A stretch of DNA of 64,000 nt, taken from contig NC_092673.1 in NCBI RefSeq assembly GCF_964355755.1, forward strand, positions 12,000,948 to 12,064,947, in the 5' to 3' direction. The notes below the pieces were generated by a model, which made no database searches, was not told where the DNA came from, and saw nothing but the letters and a program-made list of their open reading frames with translations. Origin of the DNA: Antedon mediterranea. Lineage: Eukaryota > Animalia > Echinodermata. The position numbers were made by a program, and so were the translations under genes. Below, piece after piece: positions 44,969 through 58,463 of this stretch. The number at the start of each line of letters is the position of its first letter. The first letter of the stretch is position 1.

Positions 44969-46389
44969 GGGCCGCTAAGATAACAGTCTTTAGTCAACCG
45001 TATCGAATGATCGCGTCGTTGAAGTTTTAATTAATTACACCTATTCTTTGAACAGAATGACCGTAACAATCACGGTTTGGCTCAGTGATTAAAACGCCGT
45101 GACCATTGATATTATCAATGCTTAGTACGTTCGAGTTTAATCCGCGACATGTGTATCACCGGTTAAAGCTATAAATCACATGTAATCACCAAACTAGCAA
45201 AAAAGATACGAAACCTCACACAAAAAAAAATTGCAAAATATAAAAAAAAATAAAAAAATAAGAACTGTAAATGAACAACAAAAAAACAAACACACACAAA
45301 TAAAACGAATCCAAATAGGTGTCGTGTTTCCACAAAATATCAAATATCAACTAAACGTGTATTAGTTTTTAGCTTTTTATCATTTTATAGGAGGTTATTG
45401 GTGTCGATTTAGGGAATCACAAGGTAAAAAGGTACATGCACACATTGTTATTTAACAAAATAAAAAAATTGCAAATATAAATAAAACATAAAATAAAAAA
45501 AAATGTAAATGAACAACAAAAAAAACCACACACACAATAAAACGAATCCAAATGGGTGTCGTGTTTCCGCTAAATATCAAATTTATCAACGAACAATATT
45601 ATACACCCAAATGTAAAAGTTTGTGTCCGAGCGCATCATCTAACTTCGACTACTTTTTGTGTTGATTTCAAAGTCCCTAAATTATTAAATCAATGGCCGT
45701 AATAGTTCCGAGTTGTATTCTTGACAATTTGTTTTTTTTTGTTTTAAATAATTTGTCATGGGCCGGGAAGAGTGCGCATACTTAATCGTGCCATGCGAAT
45801 TATTATTAAGGCAGACAAACCATGCGGAGCATGGGTTACTGGTATACCATAATTTAATTTAAAAAGTAGCAAGTAGGTAACAAATCTCCCATACAAAAAA
45901 AATTGCAAAATATCAAAACCATTGAAAAAAAAATGTAAATGAATAAACTTAACAATTCGTATTCCCGCAATGTGTTTTCATTCGATTTTTTTCCACTTTT
46001 TTATTTTATCTCTAATGTATCGAATAATTAATACACAACGAAAAAATAACCAAAATAATATAGTTTGACATATTATACTTTCGTTATATGTTTGCGCTCA
46101 CATCTAATTCAAACAGCACAATTTTTTTAGCGTCTTTTATTTTGAAAAGTCAAAAGTAAACTATAAAGTTCCATATCCACTATTAATTTTTTAGCCTACA
46201 TATATTTTTAAGTGAAGAGATAGTGTATATCAAATCAATGGCAGTAGTTCCGAATTTTATTCGTGATACAATTTGTTTTTATTTTAATAATTTATCAGAG
46301 TGCGCTTTTATTATACTTGCCATGCAAAGTATAACCAGGGAGTTGTTAATTAAAAAAAATCTAATTAACAGCTCCCTGTTTTATGCTCA

Positions 46390-49300
46390 TCCAATTCTCG
46401 ATGTGCTATTTGTGGTGAGTATGGACACAAAGCATACCTTTGTCGCACACAAGATCACAAACACGTCGTCCACTTCAACAATCGTGAAGCATAGGACAAC
46501 GGCAACAGCAATGTAAGCACTAACAATAAATTCACTGTCCCATTAGACGAAGCAGAACATTTAGAGAACAATGACAATTATTTCCCTACAAATACTACAT
46601 CAGCATCTACGACTGGAAGCTTTTTTAAACGTCACAGACGTGGTCATGGTAAAAAAAATAAGACTGGTAAGAATATTACAAATCATGGCAAATGTCTTTT
46701 AAATATTGGTTTCAACAATGTAAATCGATTACGCTCTAAAGTTCCAGAAATTAAGATTAATGAATTCGGAAAATATACACATATTTGGAGTTGTAGAAAC
46801 TTTTTTAAAAGGTGAATTAACTGATGATATTAATGGGTTCCAATGGATAGGTAAAAACAGAAGTTCAAAGGGGGGTGGTGGAATTGGTGCATTTATATCA
46901 AAAAATGTTAAGATTATTCATGACAATGTTTTGAACTCGCGAGATGATACATATGAAAGATTATGGTTCAAAATCTTTCCTGGTGAAAATCAAATTTATA
47001 TAGCCGTTGCATATTTTCCTGTTGAGGGAGTAGATAATGATTTATGTGATGAATTAGGCCTATATAAACAATTGCTTGCTGATATAATTTGTATCGAGAA
47101 TGATCATGGGGACACGATCCCCAAATCATAATAATGTCTGATATGAATGCTAGGATTGGTAAAGAAATCCCTTATGGCGATCCAGTTCTAAACTCAAATG
47201 GCGAGCGTCTTTTAAAGTTTCGTAACGACAGATGTTTAAATATTCTTAATTGTACTCGGAAATGTGTAGGTAAATTCACATGGTTTAGAAACAATTTCCA
47301 AAGTACTATCGATTATATGCTTTGTTCTGATAATTTTGTTGATTCTGTTAAAGAATTTTTAATTGATGAAGATCGAATAATTGGTCTGGGGAGTGACCAT
47401 AATGTTTTATTATTAAAATTATCTGTAAAATGTGTTGGTAAAGTATACGTTAATCGTAATACCAGATATAGCTGGGACTTTAAACAAGGGCAAGATTTTG
47501 AATTATTTCATGGTAAAATAGAAGAAAAGTTTAAAGATTGGAATGCCGATTCATACCATGATGTTGACATGCTTTGGGAATCATGGAAACAACATTTAAT
47601 TGAAGCGGCCCGCGAAGGAATTGGTGTACGTAAACAAAACAAGGCCAACAGCCATTAAGTCGCGTGCTACAATGCATAGTGATACCGGACCGACAGACAG
47701 ACCGACAGACCCACAGACAGACCGACAGACCGACAGACAGACAGAGAGACCGACCGACCGACATAGTGAATTATACTGACCGAAATTACTGAACATGTTT
47801 AAAAATGTTGAAATGTTTAAAAACATTTATTTTTTTTAAATTTACACGTGCGTAGCCTGTCACATTCGACGTGCTCGTATAACGTAATTTCGAGTTGAAA
47901 AGTAAGTCAAGAAAACAGAAATCGGGCAAAAAGAGTGCGCAATAACATTTAACGCGCAGTGCGCGCGCAAAAATATGCGCACTCATGGCAATTTTGTAAA
48001 CGCTTAAAATTGCCTGAAATGTACTCTTATTTCATCGAAAATAAATTTTGAAAATGTTAAGCGCGCGTACGCATGCGTTACATGCGCTACGCACGTAATT
48101 GTATTGCCATATGATGATATTTTATGCCCTGAAATTTATGAGTACCAAATTTTATTTAATTGTGATTCATGGTTGTGAAGATATGATTACAAACGTGATT
48201 TCGTTAAATCGTGCGTAGACCGCGTAATTTTTTATTGCGCACCGTGAAAACATAACCACATTGATTCCTGGCCATAAGGAATATACTGTGAAAAATTGAC
48301 CTAGCTAGATTAAACTGATATCAAGATAAGGTCAGAAAGCGATAAAACGCATAGTGATACCGGACCGACAGACAGACAGACAGACAGACCGACAGACAGA
48401 CCGACAGACAGACCGACAGACAGACCGACAGACAGACAGACAGACAGACCGACCGACCGACATAGTGAACTATAGAGTCGCTTCCACGCGACTAAAAATA
48501 GTAATAAATGCAATGCTTGGTTTGACAAGGAAGTCGAAACTGCTATAAAACAAAGAAGAGATGCAGCTCGTCTTCATAGAAAATGGGCAAAGAATAAAAG
48601 TAATTTAGATGAAGGGGAAAAGCTATGGCAAAGCTATCTTGATAAGAAAAATCATACAAAGAATCTAATTAGAAATAAGATTACTGAAATGCAAGTAAAT
48701 AGATCGATTGATATTGCCAACAAAGGTGGTCGTAATTGCCGTGACTTTTGGAAAGTGCTTAAAGGAAATACGCGCAAAAATGACACTGTACAATGCCTAA
48801 AAATACCGGGCACTAATGAAATAACTTGTGACCGAAATAAAATGAACTATACCGTCTTAGAGTATTGGAGAACACTATAGGAAAGATGAATAGAAATTTA
48901 AATTCCGAGTATGATAAAGATTATATAGAGACAGTCAATTTCGTTAATAACCTTCAAATAAATAATGACTGTAGGCAAAATGTTGAGGATAGCACTAAAT
49001 CAATCGTTGACATTAAACTCACATTAGATATAGTGAAATCTGCTATCTACCAATCAAAAAACAACAAATCTGCTGGTTCTGACAATATATCTAATGAATT
49101 ACTTAAAAACGGTGGGACGATTTTAAATAGAATAATTTTATCACTATTCAAAAAAAGTCTTGAAAAAGTACCGTCGGAATGGAATAGTAGCATTGTTGTA
49201 CCAATATATAAAAAGGGTGATAGAAGGGACCTAAATAAATTTAGAGGAATATCTTTAACATCTTGCGTTTCTAAAATATTCAATAGAGTTGTACATTACA

Positions 49301-50975
49301 CAGTTTCCGACTTCTTAGAAGAAAACAATACCCTTTCAGAAATTCAGGGAGGGTTTAGACCCCACCGAAGATGTGAAGACCACATAACATAAAAAGAGCA
49401 TTTGATAGCGTATGGAGAGATGGATTGCTAATGGCAATATGGAATATAGGAATTCGTGGTAGATTATGGAATATTATAAGTAGCTTGCACGACAATGTTA
49501 AGGGGCAAGTAAAATTTGGTGACATTGAAACACAGTCTTTTGATATAGAAGAAGGTGTTAAGCAAGGGTGTGTCCTTTCCCCAACCCTGTTTTGCATAAT
49601 AATGAACGAACTCACTAAATTATTACGAGAACACGCGTTAGGTGTGCGCATACACGATATCTGCCTTGGTAGCCTTTTTTGGGCCGACGATATCGTACTT
49701 TTAGCAGATAGCGAAAAAGAACTCAATAAAATGGTAGATTTAGTATCCTTATTTGCTAAAAAATGGAAATTTAATTTCAATAGTGAAAAGTCAAATGTTT
49801 TGATAATAGGCCAGAATTTGAATAGCGAAAAACTTTGGAAATTGGGGGATACTTTTATATCTGAAGTTGAAACATATAAGTATCTTGGTGTATACATTTC
49901 TAGAAATCTAAAAGACAATTTCCACATCAATCAAGTTATTAAAAAGGGCAATAGGATCATTGCGTACATTAAATCTATTATAGATAGACTCAACAATTTT
50001 GATCGTGTCGTATATGGAGATATCCTTTGGAGAAGTATCGGCCTTCCGACTATTAACTATGCTTGTGCTGTATGTGTTAATACAAATACTAAAGACATAC
50101 AAAGGATTGAGTCTCCTCAATTACAAATGGCGCGAACAATTCTTAAAGCGAGTAGAAGCACTGCAAAAGAGGCACTTTATGGCGATCTAGGTTGGCAACC
50201 AATTAACGTAACTCAGGATATTTTTAAAGCAAAATATATAAGAAATGTTATGAGTATGGAAATGTATCGTTGGCCAAAACTTATATTAAATACAATTATT
50301 ATTAGACATAAGAATTTTAATTCAAGGTACCAATTTATGAATTTGAAAAAACTTGTGATTATATTAAGTTCGATTTCAATGCCATTCTTAATGATATATG
50401 TACAGGTACTGATATTGATATAAACTGGGTCAAGCCATTTGAAAATACAATTAAACAATCGTATTCTACTTTTTGGAAACAAGAAGTATTAAGAAAATCA
50501 TCTTTGCTTGATTACTCTTTGATAAAAGAGTCACCTGGCCTAGAACCTTACCTACTGGATAAAACAGATTTTTATGGCTCAAGTTTAAAATTTAAACTTC
50601 GTTCAAACACTTTACCACTTGGAAAAATTAATTAATCTAAATGACAAGTGTAAGGTGTGTGGGTCAGGTGAAGAAGATGTTAAACATTTCCTGTTTATTT
50701 GTAATAAGTTACATTGTATTAGAATGGAAGAATTACAAACACTTCAACGTAAACTTATTGCAATAAATTGTGTAGATACTTGGGTAAATTTTATTTCTGG
50801 TGACCTATCAATATGTCCTAGGAAGCACGTTATTCCATAAAAATAACTCTCACGACATTTATGCTGTATTTGACAGTTATTGTAAAATGTACACAAGCCG
50901 TGCTTGGAAATTAAGAAATGCAATTTTATTACAACTTTGAACTGTTTTATTTTAAAAAAAGTGTTTTTCTTTTCC
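46390..50975 (+). mobile_element. Near full-length decayed LINE: APE endonuclease + reverse transcriptase + C-terminal CCHC, frameshifted and interrupted
   Basis: EN motifs: GFNNVNRL, GVVETFL, DMNARIG, STIDYML, GSDHNVL. RT motifs: KSAGSDNISNELLK, VPIYKKGD...FRGISL, QGCVLSPTLF, LFWADDIVL, YKYLG. C-terminus: CKVC..EDVKHFLFIC. Confidence 0.93.
47638..48496 (-). mobile_element. Helentron-associated element (HINE) inserted in the LINE
   Basis: The minus strand begins TTTTTAGTCGCGTGGAAGCGACT, has (GTCT/GGTC)n arrays at 48362-48460 and 47687-47762, and ends CACGCGACT + short hairpin + TT. Removing it restores the LINE frame GVRKQN-SNKCNAWFD. Confidence 0.82.
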
Positions 50976-52004
50976 ATTGCTGTTGCAAAATTAGTAGTTG
51001 TATTAGTGTAGTTTTAGTTTGTAAATAAGTTTTGTAATAGCGTCGAGTCAGATTTTATGTCATTATCTCAAATATGTAGAAGTGACACAACATTAACATT
51101 ATGTAAGAGAATTTTCTCGGAGTGCCGTTCTGTTATTAACGCAGTATGTACCTTCACCCGAAGGTTTTGATTGTATTGTACTTGACAGTATGTGGAAGCC
51201 AGTCTGGACTGTACTAACGTGAAGCATCCAAAGTCTGTAGAGACTACTAAAATGTGAATGTAAACAAACTGCCCTTTTGCTCAGTGAACTGCAAGTGCCG
51301 ATCAGCAGAACTTTCTTGCACAAGTATTTGCTATCCATGCCGCGGACGGTACATGTATGCCATCTATTAGCTACACGAGTAATATGGTCCAATTATATAG
51401 GCTAAGTCCTGGTTCATTGTATCAAAAGCTTGACTAATATCATTGTGACTATAAAATACATTTGTGTCATCTGCATACACATGTCTACATGGTTATATGC
51501 TAACTAATCCTATCATTAATGAATATAAGAAATATAACATATAATGGGTGTGGCTTTGATGACGTCATTATATTGTGAAATTATATTTATGTTAGTGATA
51601 TTTTACATGTCATAAGCTATAGATACCACCTTGACATGTTTATGTAATGTATAGTTTTTATTTTCACATAACTACATAATATATATAAAAGGGGCGTGGT
51701 CAAAATGACGGCATTATTGTTTGAAATTTTGGGCACCTTCTAGAATTGTTAGTAAGGTCCTAAAGAAGGTTTCTGCCAAGTTTGGTGCTTTTGTCACGAA
51801 GTGCACAATATGGCCAACAATAGGACCTAAGCGACCTATCTTTAAAAGGGTTCAAAATGTGCACGAATCTGGAGGGTAACAGGTCAAGTCGGCCCCAATT
51901 CAACTCGACCTCGAAGTCAACTCGGCCTCACGTCAAGTCGCGGCCAAAAACTATATTATTAGCCTATGTCTTTACAATAAAATTTAATGACAAAAAAACA
52001 AGAA

Positions 52005-52045
52005 GATCGACGTTTCGGAACCATCATGGAACCATTTTCAAGATC
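52005..52045 (-). ncRNA. Minimal type-I hammerhead ribozyme motif with U3-A8 core variant
   Basis: Minus strand GAUC-UUGAAAA-U-GG(uu CCA uga UGG uu)CC-GAAA-CG-UC-GAUC: 4-bp stem I, palindromic ACGU stem III, GUC cleavage triplet. Confidence 0.55.
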
Positions 52046-53502
52046 AAGTGATTGAATTATACAAAAATAACAAACACCAAAAGCTGACAGGAAATACAAA
52101 TTAATTGGTTTATTAACAACAAAGAAGGCCGCAATTCTAAGAACTTAAGTTATTAAGCTCCTCCTTCTTCTAATAAACAATATTGTATTATGATTAGGAG
52201 TATACACGCAAAATGAAGAAATGAAAAATACTCCATAAAAATCCGATATGAATACGAAATACCTCGTGTTACAAAATCGAAGATGTCACAATTTGGCCAT
52301 TGTGGAAGTATAAAATTTCAATAATAGTAATTTTATAACTATACATATTATGCCATAACGATCGTAGGCTACATATGGTTTTATCCATGAGAATGAGTGC
52401 AAGTTTAAAAAAAAAGGGGAATCCCCGGTCAACGAAAACACGTAGCAGTTGTAGATGATCGCAATAGAAGCCGCAGCTATACTTGGTTTCAGATTTTGAC
52501 ACCTGATGCATACATTATTTTTACTGAAGAAATCTACGCGTGATTCTACCCACCAAACAATCTTATTATACCTAATAAATATCCTCATAGGTCATGTTTA
52601 TTGAATTTTTTTGACGTAGGCCTACACGAACGAACATACGCGCCCACGTACCTGCGCATCATGTAATTCAGTTAAGACAGGATAAATAAAATAAATAATA
52701 GTATTCATCTTTCTGTTCACTTTACAGGTAGACTACCTGTATTTATGAGTAGTATAACATGTTGTTTTTTTTTTTGCTGCTGGTGGTATCTACAATATCT
52801 AAGGTAGGCTATACTTGGGGTAAATAGGGTCTCTAGTCAAAATTTAGAGGGGTCTGCCAGGGCCAAGGCATTGTACAGATAGTCTGTAATAGGTCATTTG
52901 GTATTGCTTACAATGTGCTAAATCATATAACATTGGTTGCAGCTGGTGGTATCTACAATATCTAAGCTGGGATAGTTGGGGGAAGGGGGTCTCTAGTCTA
53001 ACTTTAGGGTGTCTGGCACTTGTGGTGCAGCAGACAATTAGTCTATTGTTATCCATTTTAGTATTGTATGAACACAACTTGATCATTGGCATTACTTTTG
53101 AGTGCTAGGCCTACCTCACTCATCTATGCTATAGGCCTACCCATTTTAGGCCCTCCCTGGGGTTGGGGGGGGGGGGGGGTTGTCTGACGGGCCTATTGCA
53201 GCAGACAAAAAGTCTGTCGTTTGTGATACTGGTATAAGGATGCCAATGGGCATCCCATGGTGGTGAAATTAGGTGGTATCTCTTTCATCTAACCGGGGCC
53301 GATTTTTTAGCACTTCGGGGTCCCCCGGGTCTAGACGCAGCAGGGGGTACCCGGCAGATTCCCACTTTCATTGACTTCAAGTGACCCCCAACACACTTAA
53401 ATAGTCAGATATTGGTACCTAGCTCAGTCTAACCAAATGTCGGGCTGCCTGTATATTCATGAAGTCCACTCTTCCGCCCACAAGATTTCTATATCTGTAG
53501 CC

Positions 53503-54370
53503 GGGGTCAGTCTAATTACCGAAAACAACCGAAAACAACCGAAAATAACCGAAAACAACCGAAAACAACCACAAACAACCGAAAACAAACCGAAAACAAA
53601 CCGAAAAAAAAATTAAAAAAATCTAAATACCGAAAACAAATTTTGTATAATATTTTTTTTAATGTCGCCCTCTATTGATGGGTGTTTCTAAAGCTAAGAC
53701 CATACAGAGGCGCAAAAGTCATGGAAGACCCTAAGAAATGGTAGTGTGCACAAAATACAACTCAAAATCGTACAAATTCAATGAAATAGATTACATTTAC
53801 TTACAAAATCTATAAACCCATTTCGTTTTTAGTCTTTTAAAAAACAAAGCATGATTTTATCTAACTTTGCGTTTTTTCGTCCCCGGTTTTCGTCACTGAC
53901 TTATTAAGTGAATACTGAAGCGATTAAGGATAAAAACGTTATTTACTTTCTATACTATGGATTAACATATTCACAATTATTGTAAGGAGTAATGCGCTGG
54001 TTTCTGGATCAAAAATCGAAAGACTAAAATTAAAATATTTTTATAGATTCTGTAAGTAAATGCGATGTTATCATTGATTGATTGCATGATTTTTAGTTGT
54101 ATTTTGTGCACAAGGGTCTTCCTTGGCTTTTGCGCGCGCGGTTTTGTCTCTGTTATGGTCTTAGATTTAGAAACACCCATCAATAGAGGGCGACATTTAA
54201 AAAATATTATACAAATTTGTTTTCGGTATTTAGATTATTTTATTTTGTTTTCGGTTTGTTTTCGGTTGTTTATGGTTGTTTTCGGTTGTTTGTGGTTGTT
54301 TTCGGTTGTTTAGGGTTGTTTTCGGTTATTTTCGGTTGTTTTCGGTTGTTTTCGGTAATTAGACTGACCG
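53503..54370. mobile_element. Foldback (Mutator-like) element with 10-bp subrepeat arms
   Basis: ggtcagtctaattaccgaaaacaacc(gaaaacaacc)n and its inverted copy ending aattagactgaccg; direct repeat TCTGTAGCC at 53494-53502 and 54371-54379. Confidence 0.85.
53680..54178. mobile_element. GGGTGT-terminated MITE (possibly ISL2EU-like, AT flanks) at the centre of the foldback
   Basis: at|GGGTGTTTCTAAAGCTAAGACCATA ... TATGGTCTTAGATTTAGAAACACCC|at. Confidence 0.6.
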
Positions 54371-54510
54371 TCTGTAGCCTAAGAAGATTAATATAAAACA
54401 CCAAACCAACTAGTACGCCACTCTCCTACTACTGTAAAATTCTCCTACATAAGATGTTTGTGTCTTATTTAATGCTGCTATGATTAGGCTAGTTTCACTA
54501 CAACCATGTG

Positions 54511-56671
54511 GGAGCTAGTCAAGTCGCCCCATCGCAAAGTCGCCCCATACAAAGTCGCCCCATACACAGTCGCCCCATCGCAAAGTCGCCCCAAAACAAA
54601 GTCGCCCTGACACAGTCGCCCCATTGCAAAGTCGCCCCATCGCAAAGTCGCCCCAACGCAAAGTCGCCCCAACGCAAAGTCGCCCCAACACAAAGTCGCA
54701 CCATCGCAAAGTCGCCCCAAAACGTTAAAAAATAGTTTAAAAGTGCGTAAAATGTCGCAATGATACACAAAATAACACGGGAATAAAAGGGGAAGCCCCG
54801 CCATGTATGTAGTCTCAGGTAACATGATCGGCACGCTCCCCAATCATCAGAGAGGAAGCCCCCAACTAATCACTCCGCGGTCGCACTAAAGTGCTAGCTC
54901 TCACCAGAGAGGGAAACCCCCGTAATTACTCTGCCGTTGTCGCACTACAACGCACCATCTGAAGATGGGGAAACCCCGTCGGAGTTTTACGATGATATCA
55001 GTCGGGTTCGAAATCGGTGGCGTTTAATTTTGGTCGCGATAAAATGATGTTATACGATAGATTATTTTTACTTTGGTCGATGAATATTATTATTATAGAC
55101 CTATGTTAATAATTGATTTTTGTTTTTATTTTACACTGAGGTCTATGATGAGAGAAAGATGTGTGCCTTAAAAATGACAATTTGGAAACATAGTTTAAGA
55201 TTATAGTAAGCCTATTATTCAGCATAATGTCATTTAACAGTACATAAATTTAAATGTGAAATATTTTATAGGGAACGTAGGCTAGTACGTATGTGTCTTT
55301 TATTTTTTATATGCAACAAATTAGGTAAAACAATTTATTTATAAACATTCAGTTTACTATTATATACATAGTATTACAATGAACATTGATTATAAGCCTT
55401 GAAATGCAATCCCATCATTATATCCATTATAAAATTGCATCATATCGCCACTATATGTCGTAAATGATGACGTGCATGTGTGTATTCGTCGTACGTCCGT
55501 GTACGTATTATTCCGTGCCTCTTCACTGTCTTGTTTATTAAAATTAAATAAACACCCGATATGAGGATATTTATTAGGCATGATAATTAGAATGTTCTAT
55601 AACCAAAAGGGTTGAAAAGAATTTCTTCAATAAAATGATCATTCTGCTGTTGAATAAAAAGCGACTCGCAATCTGAAACATTCTCTGAAACCAATCGGAG
55701 CTGCTCCTTCTGGTATCTGTTTCCTTCTCACAGCTGCTACGTCTTTCTGCTGCCCGTCGGGGATTCCCCTTTTTAAAAAACACGCACACGATAATCATAC
55801 TGTACGATGGCTTTTCCATGGTCAAAATGTAGCGTTTTAATTTTACTAAAATACCTGCATGTGTAAAACGATCATATCGGCGAAGAAATCCCCTTTTTTT
55901 TATTTCTTCATTTTGAAAAGTCATAATTAAAATTAAATAACTATAGACACATAACTTGTCAATAAATGCAAAATGATCAATAGGCCTAGCTAAGTAGCCT
56001 ATATAACATTTATTGTCTTACAACGCTGTTATTGTTTTAGGCTACTGTAAATATACGAAGGCCTACTATTTATACACTTATTATATTATCCCTAAAAAAT
56101 GAGCTGGTATCCACGAGTAGGTTGAAGAAAGATTCGTAATTGTGGCTCTGGTAACTAATTTTAAAATCATATTAAATTAACATTTTCGAAACTATAAATC
56201 AGGGATAATCTTTTCGAAATCTTTTTAGAACTTTCAAACAAGGGACTATTTTTTAATGATTTTTAAAAAGCACATCACTCCATTAAAACCTGTAAAATAA
56301 AAATTAAAACACAAATTATGTATATAATAGGATAAACATTATAATGTATACGACATTTAGCGCGACCAAAGTAACAACGCAATCGATATCAAACGCAACC
56401 GCTATATGATTAAAACAGCGTACTACTAGCGGCGGCACTTCCGAAATAAAACCGTGGGCGACTTTGCGATGGGGCGACTTTGCGTTGGGGCGACTTTGCG
56501 TTGGGGCGACTTTGCGTTGGGGCGACTTTGCGATGGGGCGACTTTGTAATGGGGCGACTGTGCCGGGGCGACTTTGTTTTGGGGCGACTTTGCGATGGGG
56601 CGACTTTGTATTGGGCGACTTTGTATGGGGCGACTTTGCGATGGGGCGACTTGACTGGATCCCGCCGGATC
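54511..56671. mobile_element. Foldback (Mutator-like) element with 16-bp subrepeat arms
   Basis: (caaagtcgccccatcg)n at 54518-54720 and inverted (ggggcgactttgcgat)n at 56455-56656; direct repeat CAACCATGTG at 54501-54510 and 56672-56681. Confidence 0.88.
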
Positions 56672-57994
56672 CAACCATGTGTATGCGAATTTGGTGTAAT
56701 GGTTATGTAACCAGCCTTTAAACTATCAATAGTTTCAGTTGACTAACAATATAACAGCAACGCAAAAAACAAACCGGTGGATTTGAAAAGAAATAGGTTT
56801 TTTAAAACTAATCGTGTCAAAAAAACTGTACATTAAATCAAATTAGAAATCACAAATTAGGCCTATAACTATAGTTTTTTGGACCAGTGGTTTGTCTCCT
56901 ATGTTTTAACAATAGCATAGCAGGTCTTAAAATAATACTAAAAAGTGGTCAAAACTTGGGAATTTGGTCCGGATTGCCTCCAAATTTGTAATGGAGTAGA
57001 CGTCCTTGACCATCTAGGCCTATCTGTATTTTCATTTTGGTAAGAGATCTTGCTCGCCGGCTTTTGAAAATTGTCTCCTATTTTTAACAATATCATGGCT
57101 GGAAATAGTACTCTCGCACGTAAAATTCACGATAAATAGAAATGAAACTTACTCTTTATCGGGCTACAGAGTGGTAGCAAACAGATATAGGCCTATCACG
57201 CCTGGTTTTTCCACCGGCAAAACACAAGCGACAAACAATAGGAACATTTTTTTGCGTTCAATTGCGAAGGTCAGAGGCGGTCCCCGACGAAGGTACTTTC
57301 GGTAATTTAATAAATTCTAGGAATAAAAATAAATTAATACAAATTAATTATTATCAATTAATAATTAAAACAATATTAGAAAATGATGTGAAGCTGCTGC
57401 TATAGATATTGAGCAAAACGTTAAATTGTATTATTTTGAAATAAATGCTAAATAAGTCAGTAAAACCCCAATTTCCAAAATTCATTTTCATTTATTTACT
57501 ATAAACTGTACAACCACACTCGAGAAAGAATATAATATGATCGAAATTAAACAATGTTTTTATGGTAGGCCTATAGGCCTAATGGTACTACGGAAATAGC
57601 AAAAATGCAATGATTATGGAGAAATGAATGACGGGATTTACCACGAACACATGGACAAAAGCAATCCAAACAGTAAACAAACGCTGACCGCCGGTAAATT
57701 ATGCACGTCGGTATTTGACTGCAGTCTGTCAATCTTTTCATGGAGTAGGCCTAAAGAATCTTTTCCAACAACCCCTGGACTACTGTAACGTTAGTAGTTT
57801 ATATGATGACATGGGATCTAAATTTTAATTAGTGGCAGAAAAAACATTTAGTATGAAATTTAGGGTGTTGCCTGGGCAACTGCGTCCGCCACTGATTATA
57901 CTGTAATATAATTTTTGATGAAAATATAATATACATGAAACGGGATACTACTGTTATAAATTATATATATTATTTTAAAGCTTTAAGCTTTTAC

Positions 57995-58105
57995 CCATGC
58001 GCAACTTACTGTAATTCGATACGGTGTGGTGGTTTTTACGTTTAAGCAGCGCTTTTCATTGGTTACTGCATACTGTTTTCAAATTTAAGAAGAATTTGAA
58101 TTTGA
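57995..58105 (+). promoter_or_regulatory. Candidate ASPM promoter: CCAAT box plus CHR-like elements
   Basis: ATTGG at 58058-58062, TTCAAA at 58078-58083, TTTGAA at 58095-58100, in a locally CpG-richer patch 2.4 kb upstream of the ASPM ATG exon, which has a splice acceptor just before the ATG. Confidence 0.4.
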
Positions 58106-58463
58106 TAAACGTTGATGATCTGCTGTGTTTTGTGTGACGTGCACACACGACGTACATACAGTACATGCAGTGCATGTGCATCGAGAGTGCTGTCGCTATT
58201 ATTATACTATGCTATAAACTGTGTAATTATTATTATTATTATTATAATATAGGCCTAGGTCTAGACCTAGCCTAGGCTAGTGAATGTAGCCTAACCCTAG
58301 TAGGCTAGGCCTCCTACCTAGAGGCTAGCCTAGCTAGGCTAGGAGGCCTCCTACTAGCCTAGCTAGACTAGCTAGTAGGCTAGGCCTAGTCTACTAGTAC
58401 TAGCCTAGCTAGAGCCTAGGTAGGCTATTATTAGTATTACTAGTAGGTAGGCCTAGGAGGCCA

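Noticed and set aside
47531-48548. SVGLSVCL / DRQTDRQT ORFs
   Set aside because: Translations of the (ACAG)n microsatellites in the HINE.
54484-56721. Multiple repetitive ORFs (WGDFALGRLC..., QSRPIAKSP...) and a superficially CRISPR-like periodicity
   Set aside because: They are translations of 16-bp tandem subrepeats in foldback arms. There are no unique spacers and no cas genes, and the DNA is eukaryotic.
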